A stretch of 64,000 nucleotides of DNA from Chiloscyllium plagiosum (Eukaryota), in contig NC_057718.1 of NCBI RefSeq assembly GCF_004010195.1, positions 65,618,919 to 65,682,918 of the forward strand, given 5' to 3'. A program made the translations under genes and the position numbers. Below, piece after piece: positions 1 through 14,760 of the stretch; within the stretch, counting starts at the first letter, position 1; each line of letters opens with the position of its first letter. Under the pieces are notes generated by a model. The model made no database searches and had not been told where the DNA came from. It saw only the letters and a list, made by a program, of their open reading frames with translations.

Positions 1-620
1 TCCAATCCCTTTGGGATAGGAGAAGCTTAGTGTGGGGAATGAGGCAATGGAAAATGCATTGAACAAATATGTTCTGTTTACTGCAGAAGGCACACTTTTT
101 CCATTCCAAAATAGATGATAGTCTAAGGGCTAAAACATGAAAAGTCCCTGGACTCGACAGTATGTATGTAAAGATTATAAATATATTTGCAGAGATAGTG
201 GCTTTGCTAGCCATTATTGTACATAATCGTTTCCATTAAGGAACAGTCCCATCAGATTGGATGTTGACAAAAGTTGCACCACTTTTTAAGAAAGGAAGGA
301 TGAACTAAACAGAATTGTGGGCTAGCTAGCCAAGCATCACTTTTTGGAAAAATGCTGGGATTTATTATCAAAAAAGTCTTAAAGCTGAACCAGTAGATGT
401 CATATAGTAGATTTCCAAAAGGCATTGGTTAAGGATCAGCACAATAGATTAAGAGGTGGGATAAAGCCCCAGACTTGTGGATAATATTTTAGCATGGATG
501 AGAGTATTGATTTAATATTCATTCAGCAGGAAGTTGGCAAAAATGAGATGACATGAATTTGGCAGGTGAATAGTGGAATATTAGTTTGTTCTTGACCTCT
601 GTTATTTGCAATCTGTGTTG
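1..620 (+). mobile_element. Degraded CR1 LINE ORF2, 5' part (split by Rex1/Babar)
   Basis: Decayed PGPD, PLFKKG, NYRPVSL-like and YxDFQKAF motifs. Confidence 0.7.
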
Positions 621-629
621 TCTGTTCAA

Positions 630-2410
630 GTCATAAGAATGAAGAGACAAAAGCTATCAGAGAGGCCCGGAGGCTGTACAGGAAAAAGTTAGAGGCCCAA
701 ACCAACTATAGAGATTTCTGCCACCTGTGGCAACTCTAAAGAACATTACGGGATAGAAAATGAAGCAGAGCGAGATAGCGGACAAAGACATATCTTTCCC
801 TGATGAGCTCAATGCTTTCTATGCTCAGTTTAAGCAGAATGCCAGTGGCATGGTGTCACGTGCCCTGACAGCCCCAGATGCACCTGTTCCCTCTGACACG
901 GCTGCAAATGTCAGATTGGCCTTCCTGGGAGTCAACCCAAGGAACGTGGCAGGCCCAGACCGGGTCTCCAGCCGAACACTTAGATCCTGTGCAGACCAAT
1001 TGGTGAAAGCATTCACCGGTATCTTCAACCTGTCCCTCCAATAAGCCAAAGTTCCCACCTGCTTCAAGAAGACCACCATCCCAGTGCCTGAGAAAACATA
1101 TGCAATGTGCCTTAATGACTACCACCCAGTGGCTCTGATCTCCGTTATCGTGAAATGCTTTGAGAGGCTACTGTTCGCCCACATAAACTCTAGTCTCTCA
1201 GCCTGCCTTGATTTCTCTACAATTTGCCTATCGAAGTAACAAGTCCACAGTGGACAGCATTTCCCTAGCCCTACACTTGTCCCTCGAACATCTCGACAAC
1301 AAGGACACTGAAGTCAGGCTCCTACACATCCATTACAGCTCCGCCTTCAACACCATTATCCCCACCACTGGTTGCAAAACTCCAACACCTAGGTCTTGAC
1401 TTCGCCTTCTACAACTGGATCCTCAGCTTTCTGATCCACCGACTGCAGTCAGGTGAAGATAGACCTCCTCCATGTTAACAGTCAACACCGGGGGACCTCA
1501 GCCCCCTACTGTACACCCATACATGTATTACCAAATTCCAAATGAATGCCATCTACAAGTTTGCTGATGACACCACCATGGTAAGCCAGATATCAAACAA
1601 TGAGGAGTCAGAATACAGAAAGGCAATAGAGGGCTTGGTGATGTGGTGCAATTAGAACAACCTCTCTCTCAACATTGGTAAAACTAAAGAACTGATCATT
1701 TTCTTCAGAAAGAAGAGAGGAGAATAGGCCCCCATCAACATCACAAGAGCCGAGGGTGGAGAGTGTTATGTTCCAAGGAGTGATGATAACCGACAACCTG
1801 TCCTGGACTCTCCACGTAGATACAACGGTCAAGAAGACACAGTAGCACTTCTTCCTTCGGGCGGCTCAGGAAATTCGGCATGTCCGCAAGGACCCTTGCC
1901 AACTTTTACAGATGCACTATTTAAAGCATACTGTCCAGGGTGCATAAAAGCCTGGTATGCAACTGCTGTTCCCAGGAATGTAAGAAACTACAGAAAGTTA
2001 TGTGTATAACCCAGACCATCACGGAAGCCAACCTTCCATCCATGTACTCCATTTACACGGCCACAGAAAGGCTGCCAATATCCTCAAAGACCCTTTGCAT
2101 CCCAGCAACCTCCTACAACCTTTTCCATCAGGCAAAAGATACAGAAACTTGAACACAGATACACACGATTCAGGAACAGCTTTTTCCCCTGTCATTATTA
2201 GCCTGATGAATGGCCTCTCTAACTTCAAATAATGCTGATCTTGCCTAGCTCACACCCTGTTAGATGTAAATTGTATGCCTCTATCTAGTGTTTTTTCACC
2301 CTATAGATCTATATGTCCTTGCTTACTATATGAACTGCCTGTTCTGCTTGAAAACAAAACTTTTCACTGTACATAGGAACACATGGCAATAAATCAATCA
2401 AATCCATTCA
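630..2410 (+). mobile_element. Rex1/Babar-type LINE, 5'-truncated pseudogene
   Basis: [38 protein letters not shown]-terminal PSGKRYR..AFSPVIISLMN, then an AATAAATCAATCAA tail. Confidence 0.82.
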
Positions 2411-3295
2411 AATAATCTAAGTTTGCTGATAATACAGAGCTTAGTGGAAAAATATGCTATGGGGAGAGCATGGAGTCTGAAAATAGAGTATAGATGGGTT
2501 TAGTCGATGGGCACCAATATGACAGATGGATTATAACTAGGGAAATGTGAAGTTATTTTCTTCAGTCAGAAGATTAGGAAGGTAGAATGTTTTTGAAAGT
2601 TGTCAAATTTGTTAAGGACTTGGGTGTGCAGGCAAGGTTCACAAAGTCAGCATGCACGTAGAGCAAGCAATTAAGTCGTCAATGGGCACGTTGACCTTTA
2701 AAGCAAGTGGATTGAAGCATGGACATAAAATGGTTTGTTACAGTTGTACAAGGTTTTGGTGAGACCACATCTAGAGTACTGATGTAGATTTGGTTTCCAC
2801 ATCCAAGAAAATGTAGTTGGTTTGGAGACAGCATAAGTTCACAAAAATGGCCCTGGGAAAATGGTGGTGTTCTATGATAAGCTGAGCAAATTAGGTCTCT
2901 GTTCTCTGGAGCTTAGAAGAACAAGACATGGTCTCATTGAAGATTGCAAGATTCTGGTAGGATGGATGCTGAGAAATTGTTTCTGCTGGTTGCACATTCT
3001 AAAACTCGGCACAGATTTGGGATAAGGGGCTGATTACTTTAGAAGTCAGATGATGTTTTTCACTCAAAGGGTTGCACATCTTTGCAATTCTCTGTCCCAG
3101 ACTGTTTTGGAGTATCTCTAGTTGAATGCATTAAAGAATGGGATAGACAGACTCTTGGTCTCTTGGGGAATCAAGGGTATGGGAAATAAGCAGGAAAGTA
3201 GAATTGAAGTCAAAGATCAGCCATGATTGTATCGAAAGGTGGAATAGGCTTGACATGCTGTATAGTCTATTGCTGTTCCTGTTAATGTGTTCTTG
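2411..3295 (+). mobile_element. Degraded CR1 LINE, 3' part
   Basis: Resumes at SKFADNT; LVRPHLEY and FTQRV motifs; CR1-type 3' UTR. Confidence 0.75.
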
Positions 3296-6200
3296 TAATT
3301 GTGGTCTTTTGAAAGCTAAGGCATTGAAAGAAAAGTATCTTAACGAACAGTTTTACTGACCTGATGTTTCCAAATCATTTTATTAACAAATATGTAATTT
3401 TTACCAAATTCTACAGATCACAATGAAGGAAGAGTCACTGCAAGATTTCACATTTAATCGACTTTTTAGTGGGATCAGGCATTAATTATGTGAATCATAC
3501 AAAGTGGTCTTATGAACATGCATTATGTGTACATGAGAAAGTACCCAGTTCAGTTACATAATTTTGCAGGTTCCATTTTCCATGTCCATGCTCAAATCAC
3601 AAGTGAATATTGTTTAATGCAAAAATACATCAAAATTATTTTGCCACCCTTTTGGCATGTAGACAATTTATGGGAAAAGGCTAGCTTGATGTTTTCATGG
3701 ACTGACTGAATAACAATAAAAATAAGGGGGAAAAGAGTCAGCACTATTTGTGAGGTGAACAGTACTATAACCCCTCATAGTTGGAGGGGCATTTCGTTCC
3801 CCACATCCCTCCCCCTTGCTATACAGAGCTAAGCACCCCTTATTTTGTTCTGAAGAACACTGGAAAGCTTTTCAATCATCATCAGACATCCCCATTTATG
3901 ACCTTGTGTTTGATGAAGGATTGTTGATAAAGCAGCAGAAGAGACTTACAATATGGCAACTTTGTTTTACAAATCTTGTATGTTAGTTGTTTCAGAAGAA
4001 ACTGGAATTTGATTAATGGGATCTTTTTAGGTGGGGAGAATTATGCCCCACATGAGTATAATGTCTCTAGTATTTAAAAACAGATTTGCATATGGACTTC
4101 TTTCAATGTAATTGGGCCAAACTTCATTGGGCAGAATAACAAAACGAACTTCCTTTTACAGTGGACATGAAAATCCCTTTGAAGTTGCTTGAAGCTGGGG
4201 ATAATTTAGTATTACTAGATTTATTAGCTGCAGAGACCGCTAAACTTAAGCGCTATGTCAATACCAAGAAGCTGATTTGAAATCTGTTTGAAGTTCAACA
4301 CTGTTAATAAACAGGGTCCATAAAATGACCACTGAGTTTTACATGATGTACCCTCCTGTAGTTTTAACTCCTTGGTGACTAAGGGAGCTTTTATGCTAAT
4401 GAATGGAAGTTCGAAGATGAAATTGCCTATGGTTATTTTCATTTGATGTTGGTATGTTAATGTGTATTTCCTACAATGATTTGGATACTTTTTAGTGGGA
4501 TCAGGCATTAATTATGTGAGGGGAGGGTATGACAGGATATCGATTGCTGAGATAGGGTTGACAGTTGGTCTGTAACACATATCTTTTCCTCAAAATACTG
4601 CCTATAATAGTGCTGCCATTAATTGTATTTATTATACGTTTCAAGATTAAACACATGATTGCAGTTTATTGGAACTCCTTCAATGAAGTAAAAAAATCTT
4701 CCAATTTATAGTGTTGCAATTTGCATCCTGAGTGGATGGCAAGTGGACATTGTGTTCACTTTAATACTATGAATCCATTGTCATTTCCAGCAATGAGCAA
4801 TTTGACTGTACATTGTACCCTCATGATTCTTTTCTTTGATCATTTTCCTCCACCCACCACAAAATCGCAAATATTATAACATTATCTGTTGCCTGACACC
4901 AAATCTGCCCAACTACTTAATTGTGGGAATAGCTTTGATCAAGGAATTAGACACAAAACCAATCTTAATTTTCTGGAATGTTTCTTTTTAATTTTGTAAT
5001 CAAACTGTATTGAAACTAAGTATTGTTTAACATATTCTCTCCTGTGACCAACACATGATTTCACTTTGGGGAAACAAAAGGGGACAGCGAAGGCCGTGGA
5101 AACAAAGATTCCATATAAGCATCAAAAATGCATTATTAATTCAACCAATGGCAATGTATAAATGAAAAAGAATTGATATGAATAGAGCCAGCATATTTTG
5201 AGAATGAAATATTCTTAGCATATTTTTAACATGTTCCATTTACTTTGTGCCAAGAGTTGAAGTCACTGGATTTCTGAAAGAGAGAATGATTTAAGCTGCT
5301 GGCTTCATATTCATTAGTTTAGGAATGGTTCACTGTCCAATGATGGAGCATGAAGGCTGAACAGCTTATCAAATGAGTGGTGCTGGACAAAATGGCTGTA
5401 ACGTTTTCAGCACCTGTTGCATGAAATCTCCATTACTCAAGATTTGGCCAAACTAAGTTTTTTTTTTATGCCCCTATGTCTGGAGTAATGTCGTTTTGAA
5501 ACACATCTTTTGATCTGTATTGCTAAAAACTGAGGCATATTGCAGTTTACAAAATAATTGAGCAAAACTTTTGCCAGTGTGAGGAGGCTGCATCTGATGC
5601 TTGTAGATAGGTGTAGTCCATATCACTTGAGGGCACAACCTTTTTTTTAAAGCCCCTCTTTCAGCACAGCTGTGCCCCTACTATCAAAATTTTTTTTTAC
5701 CAATTGTGTTCACCCATAATTATGAGCAATGGTAATAATTTTACCTTTTTGAGATGTTGAATTTATTTATTGCAGTGCCATTTGCTGATTACTGTCACTA
5801 TACCTCCAGTACGTTGAAAATAACTCCCCACATTTAATAAATAGTTGGAAAAAGGAGAACAGAATCAGAGCAAAAAGTATTTGGATACATTTCATTTTAA
5901 AGATAAACATCATTATTGGCCATTTGCTCACCTTTTCTAACTTTGATCTGGATATTTTGAGATTTTCCATTAATTTATATTTGTCATGCATCATATACAG
6001 GCAGTCCATTTCTTTGCTATTACCCCACACATGGTTCTACCGCAATGTAGTGATAACCCATATCTGTTCCCGTTACAAACATATCCATATTGCAATAAGA
6101 CATGTACAATGCCAGGTTCAGTCTGATATGTAGCAAGTAGCACTTGTGCCAGGCAATGACCATCTACAACCAGACATGATCTAATCAACTCCCCATGTCA

Positions 6201-6300
6201 TTCAATGTCATTATAACGCTATATCTCCATATGCCAACATCCGGCGTCGATGACCATTGACAAGGAATGGAACTGGACCAGTCATATACACACTGTGACT

Positions 6301-7103
6301 TGCTCCTGTTACTAGAGGCTATAAGGTACTGCATTTTGGAAAAGCAAATCAGAGTAGGACTTCCACACGTAGTGGGAAGGTCCTGGGGACTGTTGCTGAA
6401 CGAAGAGACCTTAGAGTGCAGGTTCATAGTTCCTTGAAAGTGGAGTTAGATAGATAGGACAGTGAAGAAGGCGTTTGGTATCCTTTCCTTTATTAGTCAA
6501 AGCATTGAGTATAGGAGTTGGGAGGTCATGTTGTGGCTGTACAGGACTTTGGTTAGGCCACTTTTGCATTTTGCGCACACTTCTGGTCTCCTTCCTATTA
6601 AAAGGATGTTGTGAAACTTGAAAGGGTTCAGAAAAGATTTACAGGGATATTGCCAGGGTTGGAGGACTTGAGCTATAGAAAGAGGCTGAACAGGCTGGGG
6701 CTGTTTTCCCTGAAGCGTCAGAGGCTGAGGGGTGACTTTAGAGATTTATAAAATCATGAGGGGCATGGAAAGGATAAAGAGACAGTCTTTTCCCTGGGGT
6801 GGGGGAGTCCAGAACTAGAGGGCATAGGTTTAGGGTGATAGGGAAAAGATTGAAAAGAAACCTAAGGGGCAACATTTTCACACAGGGTGGTACATGTATG
6901 GAATGAGCAGCCAGAGGAAATGGTGGAGGCTGGTAAAATTGCAACATTTTAAAAGTTATCTTGATGGTTATATGAATAAGAAGGATTTAGTGGGGTATAG
7001 GCCAAGTGCTGGCAAATGGAACTAGATCAGTTTAGGATATCTGGTTGGCATCGATGAGTTGGACCGAAGGGTCTGTTTTCGTGCTGTACGTCTCTATGAC
7101 TCT
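6301..7103 (+). mobile_element. CR1 LINE 3' fragment inserted in an older LINE remnant (about 6120-6300 and 7105-7250)
   Basis: VLHFGKAN, KDVVKLERVQKRFT, LRGDL; 3' UTR ending ctctatgactcta. Confidence 0.85.
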
Positions 7104-7739
7104 AACTTGCCACCTAACACTGTCCACAACTTATGAGGTGCAAGTCCTGAGTGAGATGGAATACTCTCTACTTGCCTGAGTTTGCACAGTTCCAAAAGCA
7201 TTATGAAAGCTCAACATAATCCAGAACAAAGTGGCCAACACCATTGTCATTCGTTCCCCATTTACTCCCACCAACACACTTTGAAAAAGTACCATTTCTC
7301 AAAGGATTGTAGGTGTACCTTTTGGCCTATGCAGCGATACTCCCATCCCTTGAATGAATAAATCAACAAAACATTGTGTTTAGAAGCCTTTGTATCTGCC
7401 AAACTTGCTGTGCCTTCTGGACATCTCAAACTTAATTTATATTTTGTTAATCCATTGAAAATCATGATACTCTGCTGGATGTCTTAACCATTTCGTTGTA
7501 AAGATTGAAAAGATATGGAGGCAGAATGCAACTAGTCACACTTTTGGTATATCGGTTTATCTATTCTGCTACTGTTTGGTCCCAGTCTAAGTTCTGAAAT
7601 AATTGTGAATCTTTCCTTTCTGTGTCCAGGTTATTTCAACATGGCAAAAATTCTGTTCTTGTCTCAGTCTGTCAAATGCTTTGGTGTAATCTGTACAACA
7701 AAGCTCTTAGTACACAAATGTATTCCAATAAAACAAAAA

Positions 7740-8340
7740 GATGACTAAAGAAATCTTTGTCTGCATTTTGTCATCATTTCAATACAAGAGTAGAGGTATC
7801 ACAAAATGTAATATTGATAAACTGATACAAAAGGAATGTAATGTAGCAAGTCAAAAAAGGAGAAAGCAAATGATGAAGAAAATGAAGTGCTAAAGGAAAA
7901 AGTGAAAAAATGTATAACACAGCAAGGGAGATCACCAGCTCAAAAAGCTACTGTACTAGAAGCAACTACATCCAAACAAAAGATGGTAGAATAATACTGG
8001 AGAAAAGTGATGTCCTCAGCTGATGGGCAAGCTTTACAGAAGAACTATCCTCTGAAGAAAGGGGGGAAAACCAACCATTGTAATGACAAAGGATCACCAA
8101 CCATGAAAACAGCATTGTGGAAATGACATTGACATTAGAATTTTGACACAAGATGCTAACATCATTCGGCAAGAATGTCTAAAATACTGGCAGAATTCCA
8201 GGAGATGGTTATATATCAGTGTTTAGAGCCTAACTTGGTGCAACAGAATGTTAAATTCTTCGAATGATGAATCTCGGGGAGGCATGTAATCAAAATCATT
8301 CTAGAATCACAATGAAGAGACCACACAGCAGGTTAAACCA
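7740..8340 (+). mobile_element. Degraded RTE-clade LINE fragment
   Basis: YIQTKDGRIILEKSDVLS*WASFTEEL and SVF...GATEC motifs typical of RTE ORFs. Confidence 0.55.
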
Positions 8341-8875
8341 GAAATATCAGAAAACCACAAAAACAAAATATTATGCATGTTGGAAATCTGAAACAAAAAC
8401 CATGTGCTGGAAATATTCAAGTTTTGCATCATTTGTATGGAGAGAAATAGTTAACATTTTGTGTTGACTGGGACTTCAGAATTGAGGGTATAAATGTGAG
8501 GGTTATATGACATTGATAGTGAGGAGTGATGGGAAGAACAAAAGAGGAGATCTGAATTAGGATTGAGAACAAGAGTGATTAAATGTCAAAGATATCAGGG
8601 AAATAATCTGGATTAATTAAAGGAAAATGAACAGGAAATGCAACATTAGTAAGAATGATGATGAATAGAACAACAGAAATCCAAAAAGTTGAATACTTGT
8701 CTTAAGGATTATATTAAGACACTGTGGTAATCTTAATATTACAAAATTAATAGTTTAACTATTTCTATTAAATCATTATTAGAATCTATTTGCAACTTAT
8801 AGGTGACCTAAAATGTGTTTTATAATTCATTGTTCTCTAATTGATTTTTGATTTGCAAATTTTTTTTATTGACAG

Positions 8876-8917
8876 AACTCCACTGTTCTTGAAATGGAAG
8901 ATGGTGTTATTAATGTT
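8876..8917 (+). CDS. CNKSR3: CNKSR3 internal exon (42 nt): NSTVLEMEDGVINV
   Basis: ttgacag|AAC...GTT|gtaagt, phase 0/0; resembles human CNK3 DCFVAEMEDKVLTV and is in frame with the next exon. Confidence 0.88.
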
Positions 8918-8984
8918 GTAAGTGCTCATTTGTTTTTATACTTTTGATAATGTTACAGATGTTAATCAACTGAAAAGTAATTAA

Positions 8985-9482
8985 ATCCTCTCCATCCTAT
9001 CGGAAGGATGTTGTGAAACTTGCAAGGATTCCGAAAAGATTTACAAGGATGTTGCCAGGGTTGGAGGGCTTGAGCTATAGGGAGAGGCCGAATAGGCTGA
9101 GGCTGAGGGGTGACCTTATTGAGGTTTATGAAATCACTAGGAGCATGGATCAAGTTAATAGACAAGGTCTTTTCCCTAGGGTGGGGTGTCCAGAACTAGA
9201 GGGCACAGGTTTAGGGTTAGAGGAGAAAAACTTAAAAGGACCTAAGGGGCAACTGTTTCACGCAGAAAGTGGTGTGTGTATGGAATGAGCGCCAGAAGAA
9301 GTGGTGGATTTTGGTACAATTACAACTTGTAAAAGGCATCTGGGTGGGTATATGAATAAGAAGGGTTTAGAGGGATGTAGGCCAAGTGCTGGCAAATGAG
9401 CCTAGATTAGGTTAGGATCTGGTCGGTATGGACAAGTTGGACTGAAGGGTCTGTATCTGTGCTGTGCATCTCTATGACTCTA
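8985..9482 (+). mobile_element. CR1 LINE 3' fragment
   Basis: ORF 9013..9288 (KRFTRMLPGLEGLSYRER..LRGDLIEVY); tail ctctatgactcta. Confidence 0.88.
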
Positions 9483-10960
9483 TAATACACGCTACATGTT
9501 GAGACAATTGACAGGGAAAAGGAAGCAGTTGCTTATCAACATGAACTCCGATTATTGGGAGGAAAAGTATGCATGATAACCTCGAGTTATCAACATAATT
9601 TTCTCCCCTCCACCCTTGTCGTTCCATAACCTGAAACCAATTTTGGCTAATATTGAAAAAAGTGATTACCATGACTGGTGTGCTTTTTTCTCAAATGTGG
9701 ATAGACCCTTCATCTTTAAGGAGAGGACATTACATTTGAGTACATTAAGTAATGCTGAAATTCCTAGCTAGTAAAATAAACTTTGTAATTCTTCCCATTG
9801 CTAGAGATTCATTACACCTCTGCTCCAGCTAAGATTAGCTCATATAGCATAGACTTGGGAGTTAATGTCAGAAATTTCCCAATTTAGCATGTCACTTTTA
9901 TCCATTTATCCACAGTATCACAGAATTGTTATAGTGCAGAAGGCAGCCATTTGGTTCATTATGCCTGCTGTGGCTTGTTAAATGAACATCATCATCTGTC
10001 ACTAATCTCTTCTTCCTCCCCATGTCCTCACACAATATTTTTAAGTGAAAATACATCTAATACTGTCTTATATGCCTAAATTGAACAATATTGTATCAAT
10101 AGACTGAATCCCCATTAATGACATCTGGGTTAGAATGAAGCATTAAAGAATTGCTTTGTAGCTGTTGATTTGAGTTGTTCTTAAAAGTAAATGTTTGATA
10201 CTTCAAGTACAACTTCAGATATGATCTTAAGTAATTTTTACGCACTTCATTCTTCAGTGAAGTGCTAGTCAATGTGAGTGTAATGTTTGAAGTGTTAGTT
10301 TACTTTACTTTAATTAAAGTTATAGCCACCCAATAAAATTAGCTTATGAGAAATTACCAGTTCTTTGTGTAGCATTCTTTGCTAACCAGAATGGGTAGTT
10401 CTATTTCTAGTAATAAATTGAATGCAAGATACTACTATTGGAAATGTATTCACTGTTTTTCAAATCTCTGATGGATCAGTGTAATCTTTGAGCACATTTC
10501 ATACAAAAGTCCTTTTTAAAGTCTATGGTATTTTTAAATTTTAAATCGACACTTGCCCAAAGTCAAATTTGTCTGCTTGCTTCCACCCTTACTAAGCAAT
10601 TAAAACTGATTTTTAAATTTTGGTTTAAGTTTGGAGATCTTTTATATTGTAATAGAGTATGGTAACTCATTAACATTGCACTGTATCTGGAACTGGCTGC
10701 CGTAACCCAGATAATTCCACTAATTTCACAATTTGCAGCATTTGACTTGAGTGTTTGGTCTCGCATGTTATGTTCATTCAAATAAAGCTTTCATTTTTTT
10801 TAAGAGAAAAAGTTGTATTTTTTACTCTATTGGAGAATGGCAAACAAAAAGCACATTATATAGTGTTAATTATATAGTGCACATATAATATGTGAAGACA
10901 TTGTAATAATGTGTTTCAATTTAGTGTGTCCTTAGAGAATTCTTCAATTCAAATACATAA

Positions 10961-11137
<177 letters not shown>

Positions 11138-14095
11138 TGATTTAATATTTCATATGCAATTTCTTGTTTTTTATCCATGTAATGGTGGTGACTTGTTTTT
11201 CCTTTCTAATTGATTACTTTTATTTAGCTATTTAGTTTTCATGTAACCCAAAAATCTTAGTACTATTTCACTGCATATCTATTCAGTTACATTGCACAAC
11301 AAACAGTTGCGTTTTAGCTGTTTTGTTGCTTCTACTTGGTTGACAACTTTAAATGTTCCGTCTTGAAGTGTAGGAAGAATCTTGAAGTGGCCTGCGATTC
11401 TATTTGTCACATTTTAGTATAGTTGTATGAGCATTCTCAAGTTTCTAATTTTGTTTTTAAGGCATTATGACCCACTACTTCCAATGCCTCATTTGTGTAT
11501 TTAATTTAACAATTACCCATTACCCCCAATGCAATCTGACTGAAATGCAACATCTGCTTTTGCCAAGCTTCAGCAGTGGCCTCCATCCAGATTCTCCCAT
11601 CCTACACCTTGGCTTCAATAGACTGCAACAATATGCTTTGTGGATCAGCAGTATTTCAGGAGAGCTGCTAGTGTTAAATTTATATAAAAATATTCCAAAT
11701 GGCTTTGAAATCTTAATTATAAGTTGTAGCTTGTGACTTGGTGCATATGACAGTAGTGGAGACACAATGCTCAGTAAATCAGTTATTGATGGCAGATATT
11801 CTTGAAGCTGGCCAAAAACACAATGGAAAATAAATAACGTGTGTATACAATACTCGAAAGGGAAATGGTGGCTGGGATCTATGATTCTTAAAGGTATCCA
11901 CCAGAATAGTTTACCTTGTGAGTTCTAGGTGTGGTACGGACAAAATGATTGATTATAACTGTTAATCAGTAGTTCTGTTACCATTATTATTTGTTTGCCA
12001 GCATAGTAGAAGTTGAACTCTGTGAACTTTAGGCATTGCTGGTTAAGAAAGATAACTCTACTGTAAACTGAACAATTTTCAATTTTGCAATGCTGGTATA
12101 TTGATTTGAGAAATCTAATTTGCAGAGCTGTCACAAGTTCTACTTGAATTGGATGTTTGTATGTGAAGTAGTGATATTCTGCCTTTCCCTGCTAACCTGA
12201 GTGTGAAAGATGTTTAACAGCTGTGCTAGGAGTCAGCAGACGCTCAGTATGAAAGTATTTGGGAAAGATCCAGATCATAGCCATCTGGGATTACAGCATC
12301 ATAGACTGAAAAAAATTTCAGGAATCTGTAATGTTTCCATTCTTTTTGATGGGAATTGGGTTAGTGACTTCTACAGGGAAAGAATTTTGGTAATGCAGCC
12401 ACAAGTTTTGTTTCTGAAGTACTCATTAAAGTGAGCTGAGTATGGGAAGCTGACAAGAAAATATTCATATTTTGGTCAGTGTCAACAATTGGCGAAGTGA
12501 ACTACATGTTCAAATTTGCTGCACACAAGTTCAGTAAGCTTTCTGGGACTTGACAATTGAAACTGATAATAGCATGGAATAAAAGTTGCTTTAAGGAAGG
12601 AACATACTGTAAAATTAAATCTGGTATTCCCTTTGCAAACTGAAAGTTAAGGAGAGGGTTAGCATTTCACTTTCTTTCTCTCCTTTGTCAATAAACATCT
12701 AAAGAGGATTGCTGGTTAATAATTATTGGGTCGACAGAGGTTAATGATTCATGCATAGGTTAAACAGTGGATAGAAAATACCATCCTGTAGAATGCATTT
12801 AGTCATGGCCAAAGAATGGAGATTGTAATTTTAGATTGCTATCCTGGAATTTTGCAGAAATTTGTAGATGCATTGTCTTGGATTCTTTACTTCCCTAGGA
12901 GATTTAAAATCTGATTATGTCAACTGTACGTGATTGTTGAAAGGTATGCACTTGAACTGGAAGATCTTTGTGTTCATCGAACATACTTATAGATAGGTTA
13001 TGGATAGATTATTCTCTAGTTTTGTGGTGAGATTCCATTTACAGTAACATTTTAAATGAATTTTGCATACTTAAAAGAAGGAATTGTGCCATCAGGATAT
13101 TGGGGATTGGTAAACGGAGTGGGTCAGTTTGTACAGGGATTTAGAGGTAAGGGAAGGTGGATAGTATTATCTGCATTGACTCCAGGCCCCATGAAATCAT
13201 GTGGCTTCAGACAAAACATGGAAAAACATGCTGTTGACTGTCCAACTTGCTCCCTCAAATGATGAATCATTATTGGTCCTGTTGAACATGTTGAAACAGT
13301 GGATTATGAGTGTAGTAAGAAGAGGGAACATATACTGGTCGTGGAGCTTTCAATGTATATTAAGAACAGTGGGTCACTAGTACTATGACTGGCTTAGCTG
13401 CTTGAGTCCAGAAAAATATTGGTGCTATACTGGGTTGGCAAAGAGTAGTAGGAGAACCAGTAAGTGGGAATGGCATACCTTAAACCTATCCAATCTAATT
13501 GTCACAGATGCGTCAACAGTGATGTTGGTAGAAATGTCCACAAAAGATTCCTCATGCAGATTAATTCTTGTATTTATGCCTTTTGAGTTCTTGACCCAAA
13601 GGCAGATCCTAGGCGATTATTCACTGAACCAAGATAAGATGCCACGATATTTTTATTGGGTTGGGGAGCCAGGTTCTGAATATATCTGGAAAAGAGCAGA
13701 CATTGGATTTACACTAAAAGTAGAGAATTCAGATGCAGATGTTAGCTGTGTAATCAACTAACCTAACGCATGTCCACCCGCACCCCAATGCCTCGATACT
13801 GACAGGCTTCATTGTGTACATTGGTTTGGTATTTTCCAGTAGTGCCATGCTAACTCTGATGGATTAAGGCTGAATAGAACAGTGTGAAAACTTGTCTGCC
13901 TCAATGCTGAGCAATGCATGTCCTCACAATATATTACCTCGTGGCCTGTCATATCTCTCATGGCAGTTTAGCCAGATGACCAGCCTGATTTAATGGGTTG
14001 TAGAGCCACACTCAGATCATCACCAGATGCACCCAAAAATGAAGTTTCTATATGGCAATATGACAACTCGAGAGTTAGCAGCATGCTATAAATGT

Positions 14096-14760
14096 CGAGG
14101 CAAAAGTGAAGGCTGCAGATGCTGGAGATCAGAGTCTAGATTAGAGTGGTGCTGGAAAAGCACAGCAGGTCAGGCAGCATCCGAGGAGCAGGAAAATCGA
14201 CATTTCAGGCAAAAGCCCTTCACCAGGACTATGAGGAGACTCCGGGGCGGAGAGATAAATAGGAGGGGAGTGGGGCTGGGGAGAAGGTAGCTGAGAGTGT
14301 AGTAGGTGGATGGAGGTAAGGATGAAGGTGATAAGTTGGAACAGGTGGGTGGGAAGGAAGATTGGCAGTTAGGACAGTTCATGAGGATGTTGCTGAGCTG
14401 GCTGGTTGGAACTAGGGTAAGGTGGGGGGGGAAAGGGGAACTTCACCAGTTTCCTTATTTTCACCCCCACCTTACCCCACTTCCAACCTGCCAGTTCAGC
14501 AACATCCTCATGACCTGTCCTACCTGCCAATCTTCCTTCCCACCTATCCGCTCCACCCTCCTCTCTCTTCCTTCCCACCTATCCGCTCCACCCTCCTCTC
14601 TGACCAATCACCTTCATCCCCATTTCCATCCACCTATTGCACTCTTAGCTACCTTCTCCCCAGCCCCAGCACCCCCCCCACCTCCCATTTATCTCTCCAC
14701 ACAGGAAGCTCCCTGCCTCATTCCTGATGAAGATCTATTGCCCAAAATGTCGATTTTCCC
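14096..14760. mobile_element. Penelope-like pseudo-LTR fold-back element
   Basis: Arms about 14190-14430 and 14455-14760 are reverse complements; flanked by GCTATAAATGT at 14085-14095 and 14761-14771. Confidence 0.75.
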
